From an uncultured Dehalococcoidia bacterium (GTDB lineage: Bacteria; Chloroflexota; Dehalococcoidia; Lucifugimonadales; GCA-2712585), in the NCBI GenBank assembly GCA_958295715.1, contig OY282371.1, positions 1,406,267 to 1,470,266 on the forward strand: DNA of 64,000 bases, in the 5' to 3' direction. The notes under the pieces are model-generated. The model was not told the DNA's origin. It saw only the letters and a list, made by a program, of their open reading frames with translations, and ran no database searches. A program made the position numbers and the translations under genes. Shown piece by piece: positions 1-11,248 of the stretch (position 1 is its first letter; every line of letters starts with the position of its first letter).

Positions 1-47
1 CTTTTCCGGCTTCCCGCCCTCATTCGCCGGCATTCCCGCCCCCATTC

Positions 48-480
48 CGTCATTCCCGCGAAGGCGGGAATCCATCTTCCTTACCACGGCTGCGGCAATC
101 CAACGGCGCCGGTAAGAGCCGGCCCCGTTTCTTCACACCCGCGTTAGGGGCACACCTACGGGTGATGCCGGATAGGGGGGCGGTGGCGCACCGTGGGGCC
201 GTTGGCCCAAGCGTAACGGTGGGGAAGGGAGGGGATGGATTCCCGCCTGCGCGGGAATGACGGATAGGGGAGTGGGCGCAGCGGCGTTGTGCTACCAGAG
301 GACGCAGGACCAACCATATTCAAAACTAAGTGGGCACGTGTGCCCATTTCTGTTTTGGGGAGCGTTGGTCCTGCTGGCGCAGGGTTCCTGGATTCCCGCC
401 TGCCCGGGAATGACGGAAGGGGGGCGGGAATGAGGAGGAGGGCGCGGGGATGGCGGGATGGGGCGTGTGGGAATCGCGGG
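48..480. repeat. REP/dRS3-like palindrome cluster (CGTCATTCCC-N8-GGGAATCC)
   Basis: Copy at 48-73, inverted copies at 237-262 and ~390-415, second inverted-repeat module at ~304-374. Confidence 0.9.
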
Positions 481-523
481 GTGGGGGCAAGTACCGATTA
501 TGTAAAGCCCCCGTAAGGGGGGG

Positions 524-1942
524 TTAGAGGCCCAGGAGAGCAGCGGCGGCGGCTATCAGCCCAGCGACCCGCTCCGGGTCGTCGGCCTCGGCATAGACGC
601 GGACCAGCGGCTCGGTGCCTGAGAACCGGACCATCAGCCACCCGTTGGCGAAGCGGAAACGCAGGCCGTCCACGGCGTCGGTGGAGGCCACCTTCATCCC
701 GCCTATCTCCGTCAGGGCGGCGGCGGCCCGCAGCCTGCCCTCCAACTCCGCCCGGTTCGCGGGGTCAAAGGCGATGTCGCGGCGGTCGTAGCTCCACTCC
801 CCAACCTTCCCGTACAGGTATTGCAGCAGTTCCGAGGGCCTCATCCCCTTGCGAGCCATGAATTCAAGGATGAACAGGCTGCTCAGTATGCCGTCCCGTT
901 CGGGGATATGTCCGCGAAAGCCGTAGCCGCCGCTCTCCTCGCCGCCCATCAGGGCGTTCTCCTTCATCATCAAAGGGCCGGCGTACTTGAAGCCGACCCC
1001 CGTCTCTAGAACGGGGACGCCGTAGATTTGGCCCAGCTTGAACAGCATGTCTGAGGAGGTGATGGACTTGACGATGGGGCCTCTCGCGCCCTTCACGTCC
1101 AGCAGGTAGAGGGCCAGGAGGGCGAAGACCTGGAGGGTGTTGAGATAGCGGCCCTTCTCGTCCACGACGCCTAGCCTGTCGGCGTCGCCATCGTAGGCGA
1201 TGCCCACGTCGGCCTTCCCGTTCGCCACCAGCTTTGAAAGGAGTTGGAGGTTGTCGGCGATGGGTTCGGGCTGCTGCATTCCCGGGAAGGCGGGGTTCAC
1301 CTCGCTTCTGATTTCGGCGACGGGGTCTTTCGCTCCCTCAAGGAGCATGGGCAGATACCCGGCGCCTGAGCCGTGCATGGCGTCGACCACTATGTCCAGC
1401 CCCGAATTTCTGATGGCGTCCAGGTCAACCAGGCGGCCTATCTGCTCCACGTAGGGAGGCGTCGGGTCAATCTCCCTCGCCAGGCCCTGAGCCGCCGCCT
1501 GAGAGAAGGGAATGGAGTTGACCCGGTTCGCGTCAGTTCCAGCGATAAGCTCTTCCAACCGCGCCACAATCTCGGGGGAGGCGCTGCCGCCGTAGTGGGG
1601 CTTGAACTTGAAGCCGTTCCACTGCGGGGGGTTGTGGCTGGCGGTTATCACCGCCGCGCCGCCCGCGTTGTGAACCAGCACGTTGTAGCTCGCCACGGGG
1701 GTGGGACAGGACTCGCGGCAGAGGAGGGTTGGAATGCCGTTGCCGGCGAACACCTGCGCGGCGCAGAGGGCGAACTCCCTGGATGCGAACCTGGTGTCGT
1801 AGGCCACCACCAGTCCCTTGCCGGGCGGGTGGACCTCGCGCGTGTAGCCGGCCACGCCCTGGGCGCAGAGGGCGACGTTCCGGAAGGTGAAGTCGTCGGC
1901 GATAATGGCCCGCCATCCGTCGGTGCCGAATTTGATTGTCAC
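524..1942 (-). CDS. Phosphoglucomutase/phosphomannomutase family protein
   Basis: IKFGTDGWR, TASHNP phosphoserine loop, DGDADR, GEESGG, RFSGTEP; GTG start at 1942 after GGAGG. Confidence 0.93.
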   Translation of the reverse strand: MTIKFGTDGWRAIIADDFTFRNVALCAQGVAGYTREVHPPGKGLVVAYDTRFASREFALCAAQVFAGNGIPTLLCRESCPTPVASYNVLVHNAGGAAVITASHNPPQWNGFKFKPHYGGSASPEIVARLEELIAGTDANRVNSIPFSQAAAQGLAREIDPTPPYVEQIGRLVDLDAIRNSGLDIVVDAMHGSGAGYLPMLLEGAKDPVAEIRSEVNPAFPGMQQPEPIADNLQLLSKLVANGKADVGIAYDGDADRLGVVDEKGRYLNTLQVFALLALYLLDVKGARGPIVKSITSSDMLFKLGQIYGVPVLETGVGFKYAGPLMMKENALMGGEESGGYGFRGHIPERDGILSSLFILEFMARKGMRPSELLQYLYGKVGEWSYDRRDIAFDPANRAELEGRLRAAAALTEIGGMKVASTDAVDGLRFRFANGWLMVRFSGTEPLVRVYAEADDPERVAGLIAAAAALLGL

Positions 1943-2091
1943 GAGTAAGTCCTCCAGGGTTGTTTGGGCTGTCGAGGGGTATTTTATCACCTGTCGGGGC
2001 GTCGCGGCCCGTATTTCTGGACACGGCGGCGGCGGCGTACTAGGATGTAAGCCGCTAGAGACGAATAAATCTGAAACGATAAGGAGATTGC

Positions 2092-3729
2092 ATGAAAGGC
2101 GCGGACGCGGTGGCCAGGATTCTGAAGCAGGAGGGCGTTGAGTTCATGGGCTGCATACCCTACAACACCCTGGAGGAGGCCGCGGCGGTGGCGGGCATCA
2201 GGCCCATCATCTTCAGGCAGGAGCGAGTGGGGGTGAACCTGGCCGACGGGTACAGCCGGGTCACCAACGGCCGCGGGACGGGGGTGTTCACGATGCAGGC
2301 AGGCCCCGGGGCTGAGAACGCCTTCGCCGGGGTGGCCCAGGCCTACGCCGACTCGGCGCCCATACTTCTGCTTCCGGCCTCGGCGGGGCTGGACCGGGCC
2401 GGGGTGCGCCCGACCTTCAGCCCTTCCCAAAGCTATCGCGAGGTCACAAAGTGGTCCGAGCGCGTCAACCTGGTGGAGCGCATCCCGGAGATGATGCGGC
2501 GGGCCTTCAGCCAGTTGCGGTCCGGCAGGCCCAGCCCGGTGCTGCTGGAGCTTCCCACGGACATCCTGGGCGGAGACCTGCCGGAGTCGGCCTTGAATTA
2601 CCGGCCTGTGAAACGGTTCCGGGCGGCGGGTGACCCCCAGGAGGTGAGGGAGGCGGCCAAGGCCCTGACGCGGGCAAAGCGTCCCGTCATCCACGCCGGC
2701 CAGGGGGTGCTGTACGCCGAGGCGTGGAGGGAGTTGATAACCTTGGCGGAGCTTCTCCAGGCCCCGGTGATGACCACCCTGTCGGGCAAGAGCGCCTTCC
2801 CCGAAAACCACCCCCTGGCCCTGGGTACGGGCGGGGCCACCACAACGGGGCCGGTTGTCCACTTCCTCAAGCGCGCCGACGTGGTTCTGGGCATCGGGTG
2901 CAGCTTCACCAGGACCCATTTCGGGGTGGACGTGCCGCCGGGCAAGCTGATGATTCATTCCACCAACGATGACTCCGACATCAACAAGGACTACTCTATT
3001 GACCACGCCATTTGGGGCGACGCCAAGCCGGTCCTGACCCAACTCATTGAGGAGGTGAAGGCCCTGACCGGGGCCAGTGAGGATGGCGAGGCGGCCAAGG
3101 AGGTGAGGGCGGTTAAGGAGGAGTGGCTGCGGGAGTGGATGCCGAAGCTGACCTCCGACGAGACGCCCATCAACCCCTACCGGGTGATATGGGACCTGGC
3201 CCAGGCCATAGACAGGAAGCAGGCGGTGGTGACCCACGACTCCGGCAGCCCCCGCGACCAGATGATTCCCTTCTTCGAGGCCGTGTCTCCCAGGGGGTTC
3301 ATCGGGTGGGGGAAGTCAACCCAGCTTGGATACGGCTTGGGGCTGGCAATGGGGGCCAAGATGGCGGCCCCGGAGAAGCTGGCGGTGAACGTGATGGGCG
3401 ACTACGCCTTCGGGATGGTGGGGCTGGACGTCGAGACGGCGGTGCGCGAGCGTATCCCGCTGCTGACCATAGTTATGAACAACTCGGCCATGGGCATCTA
3501 CGACTCGGACAGGTTCCCGGTGGCCAACGAGCGGTACGGCACCAAGTATCTCACGGGGAACTACGCTGAGGTGGCCGCGGCCCTGGGTGGGTACAACGAG
3601 CGGGTGGAGTCTCCAAGTGAGATCATTCCGGCCATCGGCAGGGCGCGGCAGGCTATCGCGGCGGGGCAGCCCGCTCTGCTGGAGATAATCACCAGGGAGG
3701 AGCGCGCCTTCTCCCACAAGGACCGTTGA
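2092..3729 (+). CDS. ThDP-dependent enzyme (acetolactate synthase-like)
   Basis: RQER, GPGAEN, MGDYAF...MNN ThDP motif; AAGGAG RBS. Confidence 0.88.
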   Translation: MKGADAVARILKQEGVEFMGCIPYNTLEEAAAVAGIRPIIFRQERVGVNLADGYSRVTNGRGTGVFTMQAGPGAENAFAGVAQAYADSAPILLLPASAGLDRAGVRPTFSPSQSYREVTKWSERVNLVERIPEMMRRAFSQLRSGRPSPVLLELPTDILGGDLPESALNYRPVKRFRAAGDPQEVREAAKALTRAKRPVIHAGQGVLYAEAWRELITLAELLQAPVMTTLSGKSAFPENHPLALGTGGATTTGPVVHFLKRADVVLGIGCSFTRTHFGVDVPPGKLMIHSTNDDSDINKDYSIDHAIWGDAKPVLTQLIEEVKALTGASEDGEAAKEVRAVKEEWLREWMPKLTSDETPINPYRVIWDLAQAIDRKQAVVTHDSGSPRDQMIPFFEAVSPRGFIGWGKSTQLGYGLGLAMGAKMAAPEKLAVNVMGDYAFGMVGLDVETAVRERIPLLTIVMNNSAMGIYDSDRFPVANERYGTKYLTGNYAEVAAALGGYNERVESPSEIIPAIGRARQAIAAGQPALLEIITREERAFSHKDR

Positions 3730-3765
3730 ACCGCAACCAGAATCGGAGATAGGGGAGAGCGGCTT

Positions 3766-5154
3766 ATGTCAACCACCGTCATAACCAATGCGACTATTGT
3801 GACCTGCGACCCGGCCCGGACCGTCCTTCATGACAGCGCCATCGCCATCGCCGGCGGGCGAATCGCGGCGGTGGGGGCCGCGGCGTCGGAGGCGGCCCAG
3901 GTTCCAGGCGCGCGGGTGGTGGACGGCCGCGGCAAGGCGGTGTTTCCCGGGCTCATCAACTGTCACGCCCACCTCACGGCCAACCTGTTCAGGGGGATAG
4001 CCGAGGACTTTGGCTTCCCCTCCAGCTTCAGCTTCCCGGAGGACCCGCGCGACATGGTCTCCGACGAGGAGACGGTTGTCATGGCCCTGCTTGGGGCCAT
4101 CGAGTGCGCCCGGACCGGGTCCACCACCACCGTTGAGATAGCCGGGGGGATAGACCGGTACGCCGAGGACCTGTCGCGCACGGGGCTGCGGTGGGTCTTG
4201 GCGGAGAACACCGGCGACGGTATTGTGGAGCCGACCTTCCGCGCCGGGGAGCCGGTGTTCTCCTACTCGGAGGCGCGGCGGGAGGAGGACCTGGAGCGCG
4301 CCGGCCGCCTCTTTGAAGGGTGGCACGGCGGGAAGTCGGACAGGATAACGTGCATGGGTTCCACCAGCTTGGTGGAGACCAGTTCCCCCGCCCTGCTGCG
4401 CGGGGTGCGGGAGCTGGCCGAGAAGCACGACAGCAGGTATACGATTCACTTGAACCAGAGCCGCCTTGAGGTGGAATCGCTTACGCTTATGCGGGGCGTC
4501 CGTCCGACCCAGAGCCTTTTCCACAACGACTACCTGGGCCCGCGGCTGTTGGCGGCCCACTGCCGCTTCCTAGACCCGTCGGAGATATCGCTGCTGGGGA
4601 CGACGCGTTCCAACATCGCCCACCAGCCGGCCATGGCCGCGCGGCGGGCCGTGATTCCCCCCATTCCCGCCCTCAGGGACGCCGGATGCGTCATTGGCAT
4701 GGGCACGGACAACAACACGCAGGACATGGTGGAGGTGATGCGGACGGGGCTGTTCACCGAGCGGATACTGCGGCAGGACGGGACGAACCCACAGCCGGAG
4801 GACGTTCTTCAGATGACCACCATGGGAAGCGCGCGGGCCATCGGCATGGCCGGCGAAATCGGCTCTTTGGAGGTGGGCAAGAAGGCCGACCTGATGATTG
4901 TGAACGCGCGGCGGTCTAACCTGGCCCCGACCACGCGGATAGTCTCGGCCTTTGTCCACAACGGCCAACCCAGCGACATAGAGTCGGTGATGGTTGACGG
5001 GGAGTTCGTGATGCGGGACGGGAAGGTCCTCACCATTGACGAGGAGGCGGTTATAGAGGCGGCGGATGAGATTGGCCGCCGGGTCTGGCGGCGTCTGGTC
5101 GACAGGTACCCCAACGTGCCCTTCCCCGTGACGCTGCCGCCGGGGGGATGTTAG
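3766..5154 (+). CDS. Amidohydrolase, MtaD/TRZ-ATZ deaminase-like
   Basis: PGLINCHAH, IHLNQS, AAHC, MGTD, GSLEVGKKADL. Confidence 0.88.
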   Translation: MSTTVITNATIVTCDPARTVLHDSAIAIAGGRIAAVGAAASEAAQVPGARVVDGRGKAVFPGLINCHAHLTANLFRGIAEDFGFPSSFSFPEDPRDMVSDEETVVMALLGAIECARTGSTTTVEIAGGIDRYAEDLSRTGLRWVLAENTGDGIVEPTFRAGEPVFSYSEARREEDLERAGRLFEGWHGGKSDRITCMGSTSLVETSSPALLRGVRELAEKHDSRYTIHLNQSRLEVESLTLMRGVRPTQSLFHNDYLGPRLLAAHCRFLDPSEISLLGTTRSNIAHQPAMAARRAVIPPIPALRDAGCVIGMGTDNNTQDMVEVMRTGLFTERILRQDGTNPQPEDVLQMTTMGSARAIGMAGEIGSLEVGKKADLMIVNARRSNLAPTTRIVSAFVHNGQPSDIESVMVDGEFVMRDGKVLTIDEEAVIEAADEIGRRVWRRLVDRYPNVPFPVTLPPGGC

Positions 5155-5807
5155 CCGGCCAGGGCAGGTTCCGGGGAGAGGGGGTTGGAGACGCCTATCA
5201 TGCTGTCTCTGGTGACGAGTTTGGCCAAGGCCGCCTCATCAAGGCCGTCGGAGCCGCGGGGACGCATGGGCAGGACCAGATACCGGATGTCGGCGGCGCT
5301 GTCCAGGACCCTGACCTCTACGTCGTCATCCAACTCTAGGCCGAACTCCCGCATGACGCCGCGGGGGTCCGACACGGCGCGGGAGCGGTAGGCCAGGCTC
5401 TTGTACCAGTCGGGCGGGCGTCCCAGGAGCCAGGTGGGGTAGCAGGAGCAGAGGGTGCAGACGACCAGATGATGGGCCTTGCCGGTGTTCTCGGCGACGA
5501 CCACGTCGGGCAGGGATGCGGCGGCCTCGTATCCGAGTTCGGCCAGGGCCGCCTTGGCGTCAAGGAGGAGCCGGGCCTTGAAGTCCGGGTCCACCCAGGC
5601 GCGGGCCACCGCCTTGGCGCCGTCGGCGGGCGAGCGCGACTCGGCGGCGTCAACGGCCCTCTGAATCTCGCCGGGGGCGCAGACGCCCTTCTCAACGAGC
5701 AGGGCTTCAATGGCCTTGACTCGCAGGGCGTGGAGTCCCGGCTCCACGTCTTGGGAGACGCCGGGATGGCCGGAGCCGTGGTCGTGGGGGTGGTCGTGGC
5801 TGCTCAT
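5151..5807 (-). CDS. Co-type nitrile hydratase alpha / thiocyanate hydrolase gamma-like subunit
   Basis: VCTLCSCY metal motif, ARAWVDPDFK, WYKS..YRSR; His-rich N-terminus. Confidence 0.92.
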   Translation of the reverse strand: MSSHDHPHDHGSGHPGVSQDVEPGLHALRVKAIEALLVEKGVCAPGEIQRAVDAAESRSPADGAKAVARAWVDPDFKARLLLDAKAALAELGYEAAASLPDVVVAENTGKAHHLVVCTLCSCYPTWLLGRPPDWYKSLAYRSRAVSDPRGVMREFGLELDDDVEVRVLDSAADIRYLVLPMRPRGSDGLDEAALAKLVTRDSMIGVSNPLSPEPALAG

Positions 5808-6151
5808 GGGCTGCTCCTTTCGTCCTGAGTGGAGACCTTCGCAGGGGCATCGGAGGCGGGTTCAAGCCAGTGTTCAAAAACGTCGGCCAGCAGCTTATCG
5901 GAGCGTGGGCCAGAGTAGTCTTCCCACAGTTCGGACTGGTTGAACCTGACCAGGTACAGGGGTTGGGGCGGGAGGCCGGAGGCCCCGTACGCCAGGGACT
6001 CCGGGTTGAGATAGGGGCCGTGGAGCCTTTCCACGACGCCGGTCTTGCCCTGGATGTACCACGGGGTGCGGTGGTGGCCACGCACGTTAAGGCTGAGAAC
6101 CCGGACGCGGTCGCCCGGCTGGAATCTAGGGGTCGCGGCGGGGCCGGGCAT
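5804..6151 (-). CDS. Nitrile hydratase beta C-terminal (SH3-like) subunit, ScnA-like
   Basis: RFQPGDRVRV, HHRTPWYIQGKTGVVE, LYLVRF..ELW, DVFEHWL; ATGA coupling to alpha. Confidence 0.88.
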   Translation of the reverse strand: MPGPAATPRFQPGDRVRVLSLNVRGHHRTPWYIQGKTGVVERLHGPYLNPESLAYGASGLPPQPLYLVRFNQSELWEDYSGPRSDKLLADVFEHWLEPASDAPAKVSTQDERSSP

Positions 6152-6453
6152 CAGACGTTCCCGCCCTCAAAGTCCGCCATTTTGCGGTCTATCTCATCGG
6201 CGGCGAGGACGCCCTTCTCTATCAGAAGGGACTCTATAGACTCGGCCCACCTTTCGAAGTAGCCAAGGGTCTCGTAGCGGCCGGGGGCTATGGCTTCGAT
6301 GCCACGGCGCAGTTCGTCGCTGCTCAGGAGGCCCTTCTGCCCCAGTACTTGCCTGATGGCGTTGAGGCGTATCTCCCAGTCCATCGGCGGGTGGTCGTTC
6401 ATGTCTATCGCCTCGCCGGTGGGCCATCCACCGCGGTCGTGAACCTTTGGCAT
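6151..6453 (-). CDS. Nitrile hydratase beta N-terminal subunit, ScnB-like
   Basis: VHDRGG, WE.R, DELRRGIE, GYFERW; ATG at 6453 after GGAGG. Confidence 0.85.
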   Translation of the reverse strand: MPKVHDRGGWPTGEAIDMNDHPPMDWEIRLNAIRQVLGQKGLLSSDELRRGIEAIAPGRYETLGYFERWAESIESLLIEKGVLAADEIDRKMADFEGGNV

Positions 6454-6476
6454 CGGCTTATCCTCCAATGGCGAGT

Positions 6477-7706
6477 CTACCGTCCATCCAACCCGGCGTC
6501 GGAGCGCAGGGCCTGGGCCTTGTCCGTCCTCTCCCAAGGAAGGTCCAACTCCTCGCGTCCGAAGTGGCCGTAGGCGGCGAGGTTTCCGTAGATGGGCCTC
6601 CGCAGGTCAAGGTCCCGGATGATGGCGGCAGGCCGGAGGTCGAACCGCTTGAGGACCAGTTCCTGGATGAGGTCGTCGGAGACCTTGGCCGTCCCGAAGG
6701 TCTCCACGCTTACGGAGATGGGGCGGGCCACGCCGATGGCGTAGGAGACCTGCACCTCGGCCCTCTCGGCCAGGCCGGCGGCGACGATGTTCTTGGCCAC
6801 GTAGCGGGCGGCGTAGGCCCCGGAGCGGTCAACCTTGGTGGGGTCCTTGCCTGAGAAGGCCCCTCCGCCGTGGCGCGCCAAGCCGCCATAGGTGTCAACC
6901 AGAATCTTCCTGCCGGTCAAGCCCGTGTCGGCGGCGGGGCCTCCGGAAACGAACCTGCCGCTGGGGTTGACGAATATCTTGGTGTCTTCGTCCATCAGAT
7001 GAGGAGGCGCGACCTCCTTGATGACCCTCTCGATGACGTCGCGCTCCAGGACGTGGGGTTCCACCTCGGCGGGGTGCTGGGCGCTGACCACCACCGCGTC
7101 AATGCGCTTGGGCGTCCCGTAGGAGTACTCCACCGTGACCTGGGACTTGCCATCGGGCCAGAGGTAGGGGATTATGCCCTCCTTGCGGACAAGGGCCAGG
7201 CGCTGGCACAGCCGGTGGGACAGGGCGATGGGAAGGGGCATCATCTCAGGGGTCTCGCTGCAAGCGAAACCGACCATCATGCCCTGGTCGCCGGCGCCGA
7301 TGAGGTCCAGGTTAGGGCCGTTCCCGCCGGAGGCGTCGTCGCTGCGGACCTCAAGGGCCTGGCTCACGGCCATGTCAATGTCCTTGGACTGCTCCTGAAT
7401 GGAGACCATGACGCCGCAGCTCTTGTAGTCAATGCCGCGCTCCGAGGCGGTGTAGCCGGCCCTCCTCAGGGTCTCCCTAACGACGGCCGGCACGTCCACG
7501 TAGGCGCTGGTGGTAATCTCGCCCATGACCACCACGAGGCCGTTAGTCGTGCAGGCCTCGCAGGCGATCCGGGCGTGGGGGTCCTCGGTGAGTATCCTAT
7601 CGACGATTGTGTCGGATATCTGGTCGCACAGCTTGTCGGGGTGCCCCTCGGTGACGGACTCCGAGGTGAGTAGGTAGTGAGATGAGTTCATGAATGCGGT
7701 GGACAA
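6477..7706 (-). CDS. metK: S-adenosylmethionine synthetase
   Basis: [34 protein letters not shown]. Confidence 0.98.
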   Translation of the reverse strand: MSTAFMNSSHYLLTSESVTEGHPDKLCDQISDTIVDRILTEDPHARIACEACTTNGLVVVMGEITTSAYVDVPAVVRETLRRAGYTASERGIDYKSCGVMVSIQEQSKDIDMAVSQALEVRSDDASGGNGPNLDLIGAGDQGMMVGFACSETPEMMPLPIALSHRLCQRLALVRKEGIIPYLWPDGKSQVTVEYSYGTPKRIDAVVVSAQHPAEVEPHVLERDVIERVIKEVAPPHLMDEDTKIFVNPSGRFVSGGPAADTGLTGRKILVDTYGGLARHGGGAFSGKDPTKVDRSGAYAARYVAKNIVAAGLAERAEVQVSYAIGVARPISVSVETFGTAKVSDDLIQELVLKRFDLRPAAIIRDLDLRRPIYGNLAAYGHFGREELDLPWERTDKAQALRSDAGLDGR

Positions 7707-7736
7707 TTGGATGATCTCCTTGTTTGGATTAGGCGC

Positions 7737-9005
<1,269 letters not shown>

Positions 9006-9989
9006 TTAGTTGCTCCTTATATGCGCTTCACGGCGGGCGTCGTTGCCCTTGCGCCATGGCAGGGTCTCCCCGGGCTTGAGGCCGTCGAAGCGGGTTATGT
9101 CAATAAAGGCGTTAAATCTTTCAACCAGTTGGGAATAGGTGATGGAGGCGAGCCTGCCAACGCTGAACTCCTCCACGACAAAGGAACCCATCACGGATCC
9201 CAAGACCAGCGCGCGGCGAAAGGCCCCGGGGCTGAGGTCGCCGGCGGCGGCCAGACAGCCCATGAACCCGCCAGCGAAGGTGTCGCCGGCCCCGGTGGGG
9301 TCGACAACCCGCTCCAGGGGAAAGGCGGGCGCTACGAAAACGGCGTCTCCGGTCAGCATCAGGGCGCCGTACTCCCCCCGCTTGGCGATGACGGCGGTTG
9401 GGCCCATGTTTAGGATGACGCCGGCGGCCCTCAGCAGGTTGGACTCTTGGGCAAAGGCCCGGACCTCTCCTTGGTCCATGAACACGACGTCAACCCGCTT
9501 CAGGACCTCCGCAAGGACATCCCGCTTGCCCTGAATCCATACGTCTATGGTGTCGGCGGCCACCAGCTTGGGCCGGGCATCCATCTGGCTCAGGACGTGG
9601 AGTTGAAGGGCCGGGTCGCTGTTGGCCAGGAATAGGTAGTCGGCGCGTCTCTGTTCCCGCGTGAGGGTTGGCGTGAAGCCGTCGGACACGTTGAGTTGAA
9701 GGTCCAGGGTCTCCCGCAGATTGGCGTCCTCGCTGCTGTATCTGCCCGACCAGCGAAAGGTCCTCCCGTTGACGGTCTTCAGGCCGGAGGCGTCGATGCC
9801 GTGGTTATCTAGGAGGACGCGGTCTTCCTCCCTAAAGTCCTCGCCCACCACGCCGACGATGGCCACCTGGGTGAAGCAACTGGCGGCGATGGAGAAGAAG
9901 GTGAGGGAGCCGCCCAGGACGTTGGTTGCGGAGGCGTCAGGGGTGAACACGGTGTCGTAGCCCACGGAGCCAACAGCCAGGACGCTCAC
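9006..9989 (-). CDS. PfkB family carbohydrate/nucleoside kinase
   Basis: VGSVGYD, LGGS, DPTGAGDTFAGG; GTG start at 9989 (longer ORF overlaps the rhodanese gene). Confidence 0.9.
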   Translation of the reverse strand: MSVLAVGSVGYDTVFTPDASATNVLGGSLTFFSIAASCFTQVAIVGVVGEDFREEDRVLLDNHGIDASGLKTVNGRTFRWSGRYSSEDANLRETLDLQLNVSDGFTPTLTREQRRADYLFLANSDPALQLHVLSQMDARPKLVAADTIDVWIQGKRDVLAEVLKRVDVVFMDQGEVRAFAQESNLLRAAGVILNMGPTAVIAKRGEYGALMLTGDAVFVAPAFPLERVVDPTGAGDTFAGGFMGCLAAAGDLSPGAFRRALVLGSVMGSFVVEEFSVGRLASITYSQLVERFNAFIDITRFDGLKPGETLPWRKGNDARREAHIRSN

Positions 9990-9999
9990 GGCCGCCTCG

Positions 10000-10353
10000 T
10001 TACTCTCCGTAGTCCGTGGGGAGGTTGTGCTCAATCCAGGCGGGGGAGCCGTCCTCAATGTTGTAGAGGTTCTCCGGGGCGAATCCCAGAGAGGCGGCCA
10101 TCTCGCAGGCCAGGCCGCTGCGGACCCCGGCGGCGCAGATGAAGAGGAGCTTCTTGTCGTTGGGCAGCTCGTCAATCCTGTCCAACAGGTCGTCCACCGG
10201 GATATGAATGGCGCCGGCGGCGTGACCCGTGACCCACTCGTCGAGGCGGCGCACGTCCACCACCACGGCGGCAGCCCCCTCCCTGTCCAGGATGGCCTTG
10301 GCCTCGGGCGAATCGACCCTGTAGTAGGGTTCTCCGGGTTCTTGTCTAGGCAT
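10000..10353 (-). CDS. Single-domain rhodanese (sulfurtransferase)
   Basis: VVDVR..EW..GH..GAIHIP, active loop CAAGVRS. Confidence 0.9.
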   Translation of the reverse strand: MPRQEPGEPYYRVDSPEAKAILDREGAAAVVVDVRRLDEWVTGHAAGAIHIPVDDLLDRIDELPNDKKLLFICAAGVRSGLACEMAASLGFAPENLYNIEDGSPAWIEHNLPTDYGE

Positions 10354-10368
10354 GATGGACCTCCTGGT

Positions 10369-11235
10369 TCATGTGACGCGCCTGCGAATAATGGGGGCCA
10401 GCTTCCTCTTAAACTCCTCGGAAGCCAGGTCAAAGGGGGTGACGATGGCGGTGTCAAGGGCCGTGGCGCAGGGACAGTCCCGCTCCGTGGGCATCTTCGA
10501 TATGAGGCTGCGGAGTAGGTTGATGGAGGTGGCCGCGTTCTTCTGAAGGTTGGCTATCACCATCTCCACGGTCACGCCCTCGGTGGCCTCGCGCCAGCAG
10601 TCGTAGTCGGTGACGCAGGCAAGAATGGAGTAGCAGATCTCGGCTTCCCGCGCCAACTTGGCTTCGGGAAGGGCGGTCATGCCGATGATGTGGGCGCCCC
10701 AGAGCCGGTACAGGTTGGACTCGGCGCGGGTGGAGAAGGCGGGGCCCTCCATGGCGATGTAGGTCCCGCCCCGGTGGACGGACACCCCCTCCTCCACGGC
10801 GACTTGATGCAGCAGGCCGCTTAGAGAGGCGCAGAAGGGGTCGGAAAAGGCGACGTGGGCAACCAAGCCCTCGTCAAAGAAGGTGTGGTCCCGCTGGAAG
10901 GTGCGGTCGATTATCTGGTCGGGAACCACCATGTCGAGGGGCCGCATCTCCTCCTGGAGGCTGCCCACGGCGCTGACGGACACGATGCGCTCCACGCCAA
11001 GGGTCTTGAGGGCGTACACGTTGGCCTTCACCGGCAGCCTCGTCGGGGATATGCGGTGGCCGCGTCCGTGCCTGGGGAGGAACGCCACGGCGGTGTCTCC
11101 CACGGAGCCGACGGTTATCTTGTCGCTGGGACTGCCGTAGGGGGTGGATATATCCAACTCCCGGGCGCCGGTTAGCCCCTCCATGCTGTAGAGACCGCTG
11201 CCGCCTATAATGGCCAACTTAGCCTGGGTCATCAA
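10369..11235 (-). CDS. mtnP: S-methyl-5'-thioadenosine phosphorylase
   Basis: IIGGSGLY, PRHGRGH, EGPAFSTRAES, GMT, VTDYD. Confidence 0.95.
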   Translation of the reverse strand: MMTQAKLAIIGGSGLYSMEGLTGARELDISTPYGSPSDKITVGSVGDTAVAFLPRHGRGHRISPTRLPVKANVYALKTLGVERIVSVSAVGSLQEEMRPLDMVVPDQIIDRTFQRDHTFFDEGLVAHVAFSDPFCASLSGLLHQVAVEEGVSVHRGGTYIAMEGPAFSTRAESNLYRLWGAHIIGMTALPEAKLAREAEICYSILACVTDYDCWREATEGVTVEMVIANLQKNAATSINLLRSLISKMPTERDCPCATALDTAIVTPFDLASEEFKRKLAPIIRRRVT

Positions 11236-11248
11236 ATACCGCTCCCGG

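Noticed and set aside
9990..10457. N-terminal extensions in the ORF track for pfkB, ispF, cysS, NIL, TSUP and SIMPL
   Set aside because: They overlap neighbouring genes or repeats; downstream starts with RBS fit family lengths
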